Positions 1 through 11,913 of a DNA stretch of 64,000 nucleotides are shown here, in pieces. The number at the start of each line of letters is the position of its first letter. The first letter of the stretch is position 1. The notes under the pieces are model-generated. The model saw nothing but the letters and a program-made list of their open reading frames with translations. It ran no database searches and was not told the origin of the DNA. A program made the translations under genes and the position numbers. Source of the DNA: Piromyces finnis finn (taxonomy: Eukaryota > Fungi > Neocallimastigomycota); contig MCFH01000047.1 in NCBI GenBank assembly GCA_002104945.1, positions 1 through 64,000 of the forward strand. The letters are read 5' to 3'.

Positions 1-1062
1 TTTTTATCTTATTCCTATGCATTAATCATTGAACAAAGTAAATTGTAAAAAAAAAAAAAAAAGGCAAATAAATAGACAAGTAAATAAACAAAAAAACTGA
101 GATAAATAAATAAAAAAAAAAAGATTTATTATTAGAGTAAAAATCTTAACCTTTTAATTGTTTCTTATTAAAAGAAAAAAAAAATTGGTTTTCAATTTAT
201 ATATAATTTTTAAATTAAACTCAAAGTATTAATGTGGTTTTTTTTTTTTTTTTTTTTTTGAATAATCTATATATAAATCTTATATAATTGTGATGAAGTT
301 TATGTATGAGTAAATATTTCTTTTTTTTAGAAAAAATACAATCAACATTTTTTTTTTTTTTTTTTTAATATTGGAATTTAAACATACAAAAAAATAAATA
401 AAAAATTAAAAATTATAATAAAAATAAATACATAATAATAGCTCATATTCACACTATAAAATTTAGACACTTATTTTTAAATGTAATTCGTGTTATTATA
501 ATATTTATTATAATTATGTTGTTATGCTTGGTAATAAAACGGAAAAAAAAAAAAAAGTATATTGTTTAAATAAATTTGGATACTATAACTAATATTAAAA
601 AAAAAAAAAATAAATACTTTATGAAATGATTTTATATAAAAAAAGAAATAAAATGAAAACAATAAAAAATAAAAAAGGATAAATAATAATAAACAAATAA
701 TAATAATAAAAAAAAAAATGAAGAAAAAAAAAAGATTCAATGATTAATAATTTATAAGGGTTAAAGAAAAATAATATATGTATTAAAGACTTAATATATA
801 AATGGGATTTTGTGTATTATTTATAAAATTAAAATATTATCATTCCTTTTTTTTTTATCCTTATTATTTTTAATATAATATTATATCCTATAAACTACTA
901 TTAACACTGGTTTTAATGCTAATTCAGTTAATTTTATACCTATTGAAACTATTAATTATATATATATATTATATATTTAAAGGTTGATGATTTAGTATAA
1001 ATCCTAGATTTTTGGCCATTTTAGCCAGACTTTTAGCCAGGAAATTGGAAGTAACTTTGATC

Positions 1063-1098
<36 letters not shown>

Positions 1099-1104
1099 AA
1101 GAAA

Positions 1105-4100
1105 TTAAATAGTTGGATAAAGTAATGAGGCTCCGGATTTTCTTCTCTTGATACTAGCTCTGGAGGTTTCATTTAATTCATTACCTTCTTCTTTTTCAAT
1201 AATTTGACTTTTATTAAAAATTGAAATTTTACTAATTTGATCTTTAATTGAAGAAGTATCAGCTTCCTTACCATCTTCATTAAAAGTCATATAACTTTCA
1301 TTACTATTACCTTCTACATTGCTAATAGCACTAATGTCACCAGCAAATTGTTGAGAAATAAAAGAACGGCTACTAGAACCACCTAATGAGAGACGACTGT
1401 TATTGGCAACTTTTGGATAATAAGTAGTTACTTGTTTATTTATGGTATTTGGTGACTTTCTACGATTATTAAGTGCTGGATTACCAATCCATTCCCAACA
1501 ACGATGACTTTCGCGTTTAACAAGTGCATTAGATTCTAAAACATTACTATTAGCACGAACTTTTTCATAAACCTTTTTCCAAATTAAGGCTCTTTCCTTA
1601 GAATTATGGAATACCCAGTAGTGAGTCGTACTACCGTCATCGTTGATAATTTCAACACAATCACCTTCTGGAACATCTTTATCTTTTACACTAATTATAA
1701 CAGGTAATAAAATATCGTAGAGTTGAGCAACAGAAACATTTGGAGATGGGAAATGTAATGGATCTTCTTTATGTTGGTATTCAGATTCTTGTAAAAGCCA
1801 GATGACTTCTTCACAAATACTGTTAATAATGTTATTGCGTCTAGTTTTTCTTTTGACAATAAAAGTAATGATGCCAGCTATGTTAGTTAATATTATTATA
1901 CCTAATCCGTACATCCAGTAACGCTCAATTATATTTTGAACATTATTACAAATATAACGTTCCATGAACCACTTAAAACGGCATTTAAGTGAATGAACTG
2001 GCTTTTCTGAGGTTACAAATAAACCTTCATGAATTGGATATTGGGCATTATCATTTTCGACTTGAATAACGTTACCCTTTTCTGGAATATATTTAATTAA
2101 GCTAAAAGTATCACAGAAGAATGAGTCATCCTTGATTTCTGTAGTTTTCCATTTTCTTCTACTTCCTTCACATAATTTTTTAAGAGCTTCATAATCGTAC
2201 ATCTTTAATTTTGCTACCATAAAGTTCCATAATGATTCAAAACGTTCTTTTCTAATTTGATTACCTATTTCTTCCTTTAAGAGTGAGTGAAGTATGCTTT
2301 CAGAAATACCTGATTGTTGAGTCTTTGGTTGTACTTTTTTACCATCAACTATTTCCATGTCTTTTTGACATTCAATTTCACCAAGTTGTTTTTTAATAAT
2401 ATCAATGGAAATTTTCATTAAACTGTTAACATTTTGTAAAAGACGATCATAATTACGTTTTTTTTCAAAATCGAATCCACAAACAGGTTGATTTAATGGG
2501 AAAATAAGATATTTATTTGGAATAAAATTACTAATGAGTCTGGATTGTAATTTGTCAGTATTTTTTTTACAAGCAATAACACGACCTTCATTTTCATTAC
2601 AAATAGCATTTTTTGGACAATTTAAGCATTTTGGAAGATAATGATAGAATGGACTATATCTTAAAATACTGTTTTCTGGAAGTTTGTCTAAGTAAGTCAT
2701 TTCACTTCGGGTTAATTTTTCAAGATTACAAAATCCATTGAAACCACCAGTATGAATATGCCATTCACAGAATAACCCAATAGATAAAACCATTAAGAAA
2801 CCAAACAAACCAGCTAAAATATTAACAAGAGAGCATCTTTTACATTCATTTGGAATAACTTCTACTGCTTCATTTTCATTTTCTTCGGATATTTCATTAT
2901 CATATAAATTTCCAATAACATTACTGCTTGATTTATCATATGACCCTTGATTTAATAAAGCATCATCATAAAGAATAGTGTCGTGACTAGATTGAATTGG
3001 TGACATATCATAGGAAATATTAATTTTTGGCTTATCATTAAAACTAGTATTTAATGGAGAATAATCTGAATTTTCTGCTTTTTTTGATTTAGAGAATGAA
3101 GTATTACTTTTATTGTAAGAGAATGAATAAGAATATGGCTTTCCTAATCTATTAGAATTAGTAAATGAATTATTACTTTTGTTGTATGAGAAGGACTGAG
3201 ATTGTGGTTTTTCTAGTCTATTGGATCTACTGAAAGAATTATTAACTTTTTCATATGAAAAAGATGAAGAACCATTAAGAGATGATTTTGGCTTTTCTGA
3301 TTTACTGACTTTATTAAGTGGACTATTTTCATTCATAGCTTGAACATAATTAATATTATCTAATGGTGGTACTGAAATACTAGAATCTGATGTAGAAATT
3401 GGTACTGATTGTTCTTGATAACTACCTTCAGAGAAGTTAATATTAGATGAATCAATAGAATCTCTTTCTAAATCAGCCATTTCTTCATCGTTTATTACGT
3501 CATCCTCTTCAGATACTGAAATGGATGGACTATTACTTTGATAAACGTAATCACCATCTTCTTCATCGTCATTCTCTTCAGCAAAAACAATATTTGCATT
3601 TGGAATTTTTGAGGAACTTGAGGTGAAAGATGGTGGACTTGTTATTTCCATACTATTATTACGGCTGTCGAATTTTTGGAAAATATTACTGGTATTAGAA
3701 TTAATAGGTGATTTTTTTGAAGCCTTTTCATCATGCTTTCTCTTTTTTGGTGATGGTTCTTCATCATCATCAACTTTTGTTTTTTTAATTTCAACACTTT
3801 GATTATTATCTTCATTAAACTTTTGTCTAGCTCTTTTAACATTTCCTGTTTGAATTCCACTTTGTTCTTTGCTATATGATTTTTCATATGTACTATTGAG
3901 TTCATGTTCTTCATTTAATTTATTTATAGTATTTTGTATTAATGGTTTCTTTTCTTTACTATCTTCTTTTACTATTTCTGAAGTCTTTTCTTTTGTCTTC
4001 TTTGGGGATTCTTCATATTTAATTTTTATCTCGTTCATTCCAAAACTAACTCTTTTGTTTTTAATTTCTTTTGCTGGTGATTCAGATTTTCCACGTACAG

Positions 4101-4380
4101 CATTTGGTAAATTTAAAGATTCTGAATTTACATTAATGTCTGATTTTCTTGGTCTACCTGGTTTTTTTTTTTCTTGTTCTGATATGTTTAATTTTTTAAG
4201 TATAGTTTCTCTATTTTCAGTAATCACATTATTAAATAATTTAATAAATACTCTTTTTGGTTGGTTTGGTGCTGGAACGTTTTCAATATCATGATCTTTT
4301 AAAATAGATCTAAGTTGAGGAATAGTTAATGAATTTGGATCAAAGTTTTTTTTTAAATAATCCGGTATGGCTCCTGACAT
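1105..4380 (-). CDS. SRC1: Src1/Heh1/Man1-family inner nuclear membrane protein (N-terminal HeH/LEM-like domain, two TM helices, Man1-Src1 C-terminal domain), single exon, 1091 aa
   Basis: N-terminal FDPNSLTIPQLRSILKDHDI matches the HeH pattern. Acidic/Ser-rich nucleoplasmic region. TM1 ILAGLFGFLMVLSIGLFC, then a luminal GFC...CLNCPKNAIC Cys motif, TM2 YWMYGLGIIILTNIAGIITFIV and a C-terminal ALIWKKVYEKVRANSNV...WEWIG motif. Confidence 0.9.
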   Translation of the reverse strand: MSGAIPDYLKKNFDPNSLTIPQLRSILKDHDIENVPAPNQPKRVFIKLFNNVITENRETILKKLNISEQEKKKPGRPRKSDINVNSESLNLPNAVRGKSESPAKEIKNKRVSFGMNEIKIKYEESPKKTKEKTSEIVKEDSKEKKPLIQNTINKLNEEHELNSTYEKSYSKEQSGIQTGNVKRARQKFNEDNNQSVEIKKTKVDDDEEPSPKKRKHDEKASKKSPINSNTSNIFQKFDSRNNSMEITSPPSFTSSSSKIPNANIVFAEENDDEEDGDYVYQSNSPSISVSEEDDVINDEEMADLERDSIDSSNINFSEGSYQEQSVPISTSDSSISVPPLDNINYVQAMNENSPLNKVSKSEKPKSSLNGSSSFSYEKVNNSFSRSNRLEKPQSQSFSYNKSNNSFTNSNRLGKPYSYSFSYNKSNTSFSKSKKAENSDYSPLNTSFNDKPKINISYDMSPIQSSHDTILYDDALLNQGSYDKSSSNVIGNLYDNEISEENENEAVEVIPNECKRCSLVNILAGLFGFLMVLSIGLFCEWHIHTGGFNGFCNLEKLTRSEMTYLDKLPENSILRYSPFYHYLPKCLNCPKNAICNENEGRVIACKKNTDKLQSRLISNFIPNKYLIFPLNQPVCGFDFEKKRNYDRLLQNVNSLMKISIDIIKKQLGEIECQKDMEIVDGKKVQPKTQQSGISESILHSLLKEEIGNQIRKERFESLWNFMVAKLKMYDYEALKKLCEGSRRKWKTTEIKDDSFFCDTFSLIKYIPEKGNVIQVENDNAQYPIHEGLFVTSEKPVHSLKCRFKWFMERYICNNVQNIIERYWMYGLGIIILTNIAGIITFIVKRKTRRNNIINSICEEVIWLLQESEYQHKEDPLHFPSPNVSVAQLYDILLPVIISVKDKDVPEGDCVEIINDDGSTTHYWVFHNSKERALIWKKVYEKVRANSNVLESNALVKRESHRCWEWIGNPALNNRRKSPNTINKQVTTYYPKVANNSRLSLGGSSSRSFISQQFAGDISAISNVEGNSNESYMTFNEDGKEADTSSIKDQISKISIFNKSQIIEKEEGNELNETSRASIKRRKSGASLLYPTI

Positions 4381-5458
4381 TTTTAAATAAATATAGATTT
4401 ATTTACTATTATTATTTTTTTTAATTTATTTAACTTTTTATTATATAATATTTTATTAATAACAATAATAGTATAATAGTTGTTTTTTAGTCTAGACTTT
4501 TAATATAATTATAAAATATTATAAAGTTAATTTTTTTTCAAAAAAAAAAAGTTAATATTTTATGTAAAAAATGAAAGAAAGATTTTTATAAATTATTATC
4601 CTATTTTCATTAATAAATTTTCTGATATATTAATACTAAAAATCTTAAGCCGTTTTATAACAAATAAGATTTTTAAATAAAAAATAATATTAAATTAAAT
4701 TTATTATTAAAAATGATACAAATTTTTGAATATAATTATGTAATCACTAATGTATACATTAAATATTATTAAATAAAAAAGTACTGATCTTTAATATTTA
4801 TATTATTTTTAATTAATAAATATTTAAAAATAAAAAATTATTTGTAGTATCAAATTTAAAATAATTAGATATTTTAAATTAAAAAAAATTAAGGTTTATA
4901 AACATCTTCTTTTTATTTTAAAGTTGTACAATAATATTTATTAAATATAAAACAATATAGAACATGGTATGAAATTGAAATAAATATTATTTTATAATTT
5001 AATAGACTTATGTGTTTATAAATACACATAATTTGAAAAAATATAAAAGTTTCCATTTTTGTATACTAATATATGTACTCATTATTATTATTTTCAAGAA
5101 AATTATTTTTTTTATTTTTATATTTATATTCTAAAAGTATGTTATTTAAGAATTCATAATATAGTTTATACTTCACTATATATTTAACATCTATTACATA
5201 ACTTTAATAAAAAATAATTTTGAAAAATCAATAATATTAAATATAGTATAATATAGTGATTATAGTTATTCATATCATTATTATAATAAGACTTTAAATT
5301 TTTTATATGCCATATTTTTATTTTCGCAATGGAATTATAATTTTTTTTTTATTAATATTAGGTTTTTATTTACTATTTTTTTATTTTATTTTTTTTTTTA
5401 ATGACATTATATTATTTATTTATTTATTTAGCTTTCTTTCTAGTTTATTAATGTATTT

Positions 5459-7612
5459 CTATTTTGATTGAAGATAAAAATATATACTATAATTATTGTT
5501 ACCGACAGCCAAGGAAGCAGCTGTAGCTCCCTCATTTGTAGTAATTTTTGTATTTGCACCATGTTCAACTAAATATTTTACTACTTCTACATAATTTTTA
5601 ATAGCAGCAGTCATTAATGCTGTATAGCCTTCATTATTTTTAATATTAACCATTGCATCATGCTTTATTAAATAATGAATCATAGACATATGTTCTTGAT
5701 CTACTGCATACATTAATGCTGTTATACCATAAATATTACATTCATTAACATCAGCACCTTTATCTATTAAATATCTCAATATAGATTCTAATCCATGTTG
5801 AGCTGCTAGTATTAGAGCTGTATTACCATCATAGTTTCTATCATTAATATTTACATTAAATTCTTCTATTAAAAGTTTAATAATTTCTTCTTGGGCATAT
5901 TGTGTAGCTACTAAAAGAGCCGTATCTCCATCACTATTTCTATCTTCGATATTTGCACCATTTTTAATTAATGCTTTTATGAGTTCTTTGTGGCCCATTT
6001 TTATTGCTTCAAGAAGAAGAAATGAACCTTGATTATTTTTTTCATTTAAATTTGCTTTATTATTAATCAGTAATTCAAAAAGTTCTGGATGACAATCATA
6101 AGACGTAACAATTAACGCAGTTTCTCCTTCAATATTTTTTATATTGACATCAGCACCTTTTTCTATAAGGAGTTTGACAATTTTAGTATATCCATATTTA
6201 GATGCTTCAATTATAGCAGTATTGTGTTCTTTATTCATTTGATTAACATTAGCTCCTTTTTCTATTAAGAGAGCAACAATGTCAATATGCCCATTTTTTG
6301 CTGCTAATAATAAAGGTGTATCTTCTTTTTGATTACTTTCATTTACATCAATTCCATGTTGTTCTAAAATAAATCTCACGGTATCCAAATGTCCTTGTTG
6401 ACATGCATACATTAATGCTGTATTTCCTTGGTTATTTTTACTTTTTAGATCCACTGATTTATCAATTACAAGTCGTTTTATAATATTCAAAATACCATGA
6501 TAAGCCATCATCATAATCAATGTGTCACCATTGTTTCTTGTAACATTAATATCAACATCACTATCTATTAAATAATTTATTATTTCTTCATGTGCATTTT
6601 CAGAAGCCTCAATTAGTAAGCAGTTACCATAGCAGTCTTTATCATTTACGTTAGCTCCTTTTGATATTAAATATTGTACTAAATTAAGATTTCCACTTTG
6701 AGCTGCAAAAGTTAATGCAGTAAAACCTTTACTGTTTTTAGCATGAATATTAGCATTATGTTCTATTAAGTAATAAACAATTTCTTCATTATTATTTATA
6801 ATGGCATACATTAACGCAGAATAACTAAGGATATCACAATCATTAACATTTGCATCATTTTCTACTAAGCATTTCAAAATATCAAAATAACCTTTTTCCG
6901 TTGCAAATAATAGCGCTGTTTTATTATTATTTATATCTCTTATTTGAATATTTGCTTTTTTTGATATTAAATATTCTACAATTTCTTTGTTTCCCTGAAA
7001 TATGGCTTGCATTAAAGCAGTATGTCCTTGAATATCCTGATCATCAATATTAGCACCGTGTTCAACTAAATATCTTACTACATTTTTATTTGAATTATAT
7101 GCAGCAAGCATTAATGCAGAAGTGCCTTCTTTATCTTTTAAATTTATCTCTGCACCTTTTTCTATTAAGTATGTGACTATATCAATATATCCATAAGAAG
7201 AAGCTAACATTAATGCTGTGGTATCTTTATAATTTCCTTCTTCTACTTTAATTAAGTTTTTTACAAATTTATTATAAAAAACATCTTGTAAAATATTTGT
7301 TTTATAAATACTCTCCAAATTTAAATAGGCACCATTTTCTACTAAATATTCGATAATTGGAAGATTTCCTGTACGCGCCGAAAACATTAAAGCTGTCCAA
7401 CCATTATTATCAATTTCATTAATATTAATACCACGATTAATTAAAAATTGAACAATTTCCAAATTTCCGCTTTGACAAGCATACATTAATGAATTCCATC
7501 CCAATTCATCCTTTACATTAATATTTGAACCATTATCTATTAATTGTTTTATTATTTTATAATTTCCATTTTGGGAAGCAATAATTAAACTTTGTTCCGA
7601 GGAATTTGTCAT
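5459..7612 (-). CDS. Ankyrin-repeat-only protein (about 20 repeats), single exon, 717 aa
   Basis: Continuous 33-aa repeats of the form G.TALM.A...G...IV..LI..GA.VN over the whole ORF; no other domain seen. Confidence 0.95.
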   Translation of the reverse strand: MTNSSEQSLIIASQNGNYKIIKQLIDNGSNINVKDELGWNSLMYACQSGNLEIVQFLINRGININEIDNNGWTALMFSARTGNLPIIEYLVENGAYLNLESIYKTNILQDVFYNKFVKNLIKVEEGNYKDTTALMLASSYGYIDIVTYLIEKGAEINLKDKEGTSALMLAAYNSNKNVVRYLVEHGANIDDQDIQGHTALMQAIFQGNKEIVEYLISKKANIQIRDINNNKTALLFATEKGYFDILKCLVENDANVNDCDILSYSALMYAIINNNEEIVYYLIEHNANIHAKNSKGFTALTFAAQSGNLNLVQYLISKGANVNDKDCYGNCLLIEASENAHEEIINYLIDSDVDINVTRNNGDTLIMMMAYHGILNIIKRLVIDKSVDLKSKNNQGNTALMYACQQGHLDTVRFILEQHGIDVNESNQKEDTPLLLAAKNGHIDIVALLIEKGANVNQMNKEHNTAIIEASKYGYTKIVKLLIEKGADVNIKNIEGETALIVTSYDCHPELFELLINNKANLNEKNNQGSFLLLEAIKMGHKELIKALIKNGANIEDRNSDGDTALLVATQYAQEEIIKLLIEEFNVNINDRNYDGNTALILAAQHGLESILRYLIDKGADVNECNIYGITALMYAVDQEHMSMIHYLIKHDAMVNIKNNEGYTALMTAAIKNYVEVVKYLVEHGANTKITTNEGATAASLAVGNNNYSIYFYLQSK

Positions 7613-7674
7613 TTTTTTCTAAAAATTTTATTATTTACTTTAACAATTTATAAATTGAGTAAATAGTAACAATG

Positions 7675-7710
<36 letters not shown>

Positions 7711-8056
7711 AAAACGTCAAATAAATTTAAATAAAAAAGTTTATAATATGCCAACTTTTCTTATATAAAAATATTATTTACATAGAAGCAATTATATATT
7801 TATAAATATATATTAAATACAATTTTATGGTTATATTAGTATTTTAATTCAATAATCAATTTACATTTAAAACTTTTGATATTATAATTTATAAATATTC
7901 ATGTTAATTAATTTAATGTAAATATTATTATGAATTTTTTGTTTATAATTATATAATTTTTATAAAAATTAAAAATAATTAAGGTGATTTTGGATATAAC
8001 TGCTATATGAAAAATTGTATAGAATTATTTTTGTTATTTCTTCTTTTTTTCCTTTA

Positions 8057-8089
<33 letters not shown>

Positions 8090-9945
8090 TTTGGTATACT
8101 ATGATTACTATAAATTTAATGTGACTTTATATAAACAAATTGAAATTTAATATGTATTCATATTGATTATTATTTATATTGGTATAATTATTTAATTTTA
8201 TTATTTATAATTTTTTTTTGTTTTATTTTATTATTTATGATTTTTAATTTTTATTATTAGGTTTTATTATATATTTTTTTTTTATTATACTCTTAAAATG
8301 TAATTATTGGTTGTTATGTAATTAATGAGTATAAATTTAAATATAGGATAAATTATAAATATTTATTTATTATTTATTCATTCATTTATTAAATGATGAA
8401 AAATTAAAAAATCATTCATGTTATTACTATGAATAATGAAAATATATTATTCAATTTGCTATTAAATGTATGAATGAATGTTTACTTAGCCTTACTACAT
8501 ACAACTTAATAAAATCGACATTAAATTGTCGAAGAACAATCAATTTTGATATTTAATTGTCGATGTTTAAGTATTTTTATACGTACTTTAACATATTATA
8601 TTTATTATTGAATGATATCAAAATAATGTAAAATATTTAACATTATAAATTATAACAACATTTGCCTTATACAATAATCCTTTTAGTTGAGCAAACAATA
8701 AATTAACATAATTGACATTGATCAATTAATAAAACCAATATAATTAATACGTGTTTAATAAACTTTTAAAACTTACTAATCTAGTTTTGATATATTATGT
8801 ATATTCGTTATATATTTAGTATAACAAATAAATCAAAATAAATACGATGAAATCTGATACTAAAATATAAACATAAAACATAAATATTGAAATAAAACTT
8901 ATCCGAAAATATTTAATAGCTACTGCTTAATTACAAAATATATATTTGAAAGAGAAAGTTATTATGTATTATCAAGCATAAATATTGGTACTACATAATA
9001 TTCAAAAGAAATGAATAATGTATAATTAACATATTCTACCTAAACAATTACATAATACTAAATTTAAAGGAATGCTAGAATATGTAAAATAAAATTGAAC
9101 ATTAAGTTAAATATTTAATCTTATTGTTCATTTTATTATCATAACCTTATTAAGCAACATTTATTATAAATAAAACTAAAATTTTCCCAATTTTTGCATA
9201 TAACTTTTATCAAAAAATTATATTAATAATGTTAACATAATCACAAAATCTATATTAATACTTTTAACAATAATTAATAAATTAAGTGTTAATAATTTTT
9301 CTTAATTATTAACCAACATTATAAATATAAAAAGAAAATTCATTAAGTTATTTTTATATTATAAATTATTATTTCCCCATTTTATTTTTTGTTTGTTTGT
9401 TTTTAATTATTATTATTTTATAAGTTTATAAATTTTGATCCTTTTTTTTTTTTTTTTTTTTTTTTACATATTATTTTTAATTATTAAAAAAAAAGAAAAA
9501 AAAATATGTTTATTTTATTTTTATTTTATTTTTATTTTTTGAAAAAAAAAATTTTTTTTGATTTTTTTAAAAAAGATGATTTCGTGAGGCTAAAAAAAAT
9601 CCTTTTCTTTTTCCATTTAGAATAAAAGAAAGAGGTGCTAATAAATTAACTAAAACATAGCATGATGGTAATGATATATGCAGATGAATAAATAATATTT
9701 TTTTTCTCTTATTCTACTTTATACTATATATCATTCTGATTTTCAATTAATTAAAACCATCATATGAAGTATTAATAATAATATATTTTAATTAGTTTTT
9801 TTCTATCAATAAATCAATAATTTCATGATATAAAATTTTATTTATATACTATTAAAATAAAATATGTATTTTTTAATATTATTACTGTAATTATTATAAA
9901 TAGAAAAAAATTGTTTATATTTTAAGATAAATTTCTGTTAGAAAC

Positions 9946-11913
9946 TTAGTTGAATTTTAAGGTAGACTTTCCTTCTTCATGACCGTTGAAGAAAATTACC
10001 ATAAGAGCCATATCTTCTTCGACCTTTTTGTTGAAAGCCTTCTTCATAACGTGAGTGGCAGCGTTGTTCTTACCCTTATTTTGTTTGTATTCAGCAATGC
10101 AAGAAGCGATCTTTGATTCTCCCATTTGCTTAACAACTTCCTCAGAAGAAATACAAAGGAATCTGTCATCAGCTTTAACTTTAATAGACTTAACTTCTGG
10201 CATAGCAGTAATGTATGGTGGAGAAATGTTCATTCTGTCATATGGTTCTAAAAATTTCTTATCCATTGCAGAAAGATACTTTTCAATTTGAGTACGTTGA
10301 GTTTTATTCCATTTTAATAAACTGTCACCAAATGCTTTTTTTTAAGTAAGTAAAATATATATAAAATCATAAATATTACATTTTTTTAGATATATACCAT
10401 TATTACTATGTTATAATATATATATTTTGAAATTAGGATACATACATCTAGTTTCCTTGTAGATACCTAAGATTCTACCATCAACAAGAACCTTTTCTTT
10501 TGGGTGAGCAGCTCTTAAAAGAGCAGTTTCGTATTGATTTGATATATCGTGCTTAGCAAAGAGATTAATAACTTCCCAGTTACTCTTCTTTTCCTTACTA
10601 ACGAAGGCTTGAGAACTACCAATACTAGCAACGAAAACTTCATCCTTTTCAAGGAAAGCAACAGTACAAGAACAACCAGTTAAACTACTTGGGATAATTT
10701 CGAGAACCTTTTGTTGTTCATTTAATTTTAAGCTTTCTGGCTTCTTAATATTAGATATAGTGTTGAAAGCAAGGTTTACAAGATCTTCATCAAGTTCCAT
10801 AAAAGCTCTTTTGAAAGCATTAGTAATAATTTCCTTTCTGCTTGGTTTTTGCCACATCCATAATCTTTCAGCCTTTTCAGTTTCAACCTTTAATGCTTGT
10901 TTAAAGTATTCTGGTAAGAATTTGGCAACATTCTTGGCACATTGAGAACCACCATGACCTTTTGAATTATTTCATAATTTAAAAATTAAAAATTGTATTA
11001 AATTAATAGAATTGCTTTTTTTTATATTTGAATTTATATATTATGGATTATGGTAATTTTTGTTAATTAAATTTACTAGTTAATTAATTATTTTAAATAT
11101 TATTTTGACTAACTATTTTTCAAAATTATTTATTATGATTGCAACAAATTTTAAATGCTTATTTCATTAGTATTATATATTTAAATCCTGTTAATTATAT
11201 TTAATTAATAATTTTCAATTTAATTTTAGAATAATAAATGCTGAAAAATTGTTATAACATTCATTTTTTTATTTTGTTTATATAAGGTATAAAGTTTTTG
11301 ATTTCGATTTGATTTTTTTCTTTGCTTTATTGTTTATTTATTTTATTAATTTAAATACTTATTAAAGAAACTTACCATCAACAACACCAAATAAATAACT
11401 TCCATCAATTTCAGCAGCTAAGAAACCATCTTCAATTGGACTGTTGTGGGCAACAGTATCAACATCAACACGGTCGAAGATCTTATTTTTAACAAATAAA
11501 GAAGCTTCTTCCTTACTAATAAATTTATTTATAGCTTCTTCGGTACTTGGAATCTTAACAAGCTTTGGCTTCTTTTTGTAATCTTGGTATAAATAATAAC
11601 CACCAAGAGCTGCAAGAGTACCAGCACAAACACCTAAGCGAAGTTTAGAATTTTGTTTTGGAGCTTCGTAATTGTCATAGTAACTTTTTTGTTTTTCTTC
11701 CTTTGGTGGTTCTTGTGGTGGTGGGGTAACCTTTTCAATTGGTTTTTCTGGAGTTTCTGGAGTTTCTGGAGTTTCTGTTTTTTCAGATTCAGTAGTATAT
11801 AATCTATTGAATTTGTAAGAAACATTTAAACCAGTACGTAAAGCAACTGGTGCGAGTCTTGGAAGTGTAGTTTGACCTAATTTTTTAACACAAGTACTAA
11901 GACTTAAAGACAT
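9946..11913 (-). CDS. PP2C phosphatase of the pyruvate dehydrogenase phosphatase (PDP/Ptc5)-like type, with presequence-like N-terminus and one TM segment; 3 exons (11913-11376, 10958-10446, 10334-9946)
   Basis: Splicing restores VVD|GHGG and ETR|SFGD. PDP-type motifs NSPIED, HPKE..V.DGRILG and SPPYITAMPEV are present. The N-terminal ~39 aa are Arg/Lys/Ser/Leu-rich with no acidic residues. Hydrophobic segment LGVCAGTLAALGGYYLY. Confidence 0.85.

Noticed and set aside
522-740. Phe/Ile-rich short ORF, and similar ones at 39163-39348, 61668-61856 and 56507-56707
   Set aside because: Arise from homopolymer or microsatellite AT-rich DNA.
3642-4294. Overlapping ORFs within SRC1, and similar ones within manA, PP2C and the ankyrin gene
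   Set aside because: Alternative-frame or antisense shadows of well-supported CDSs.
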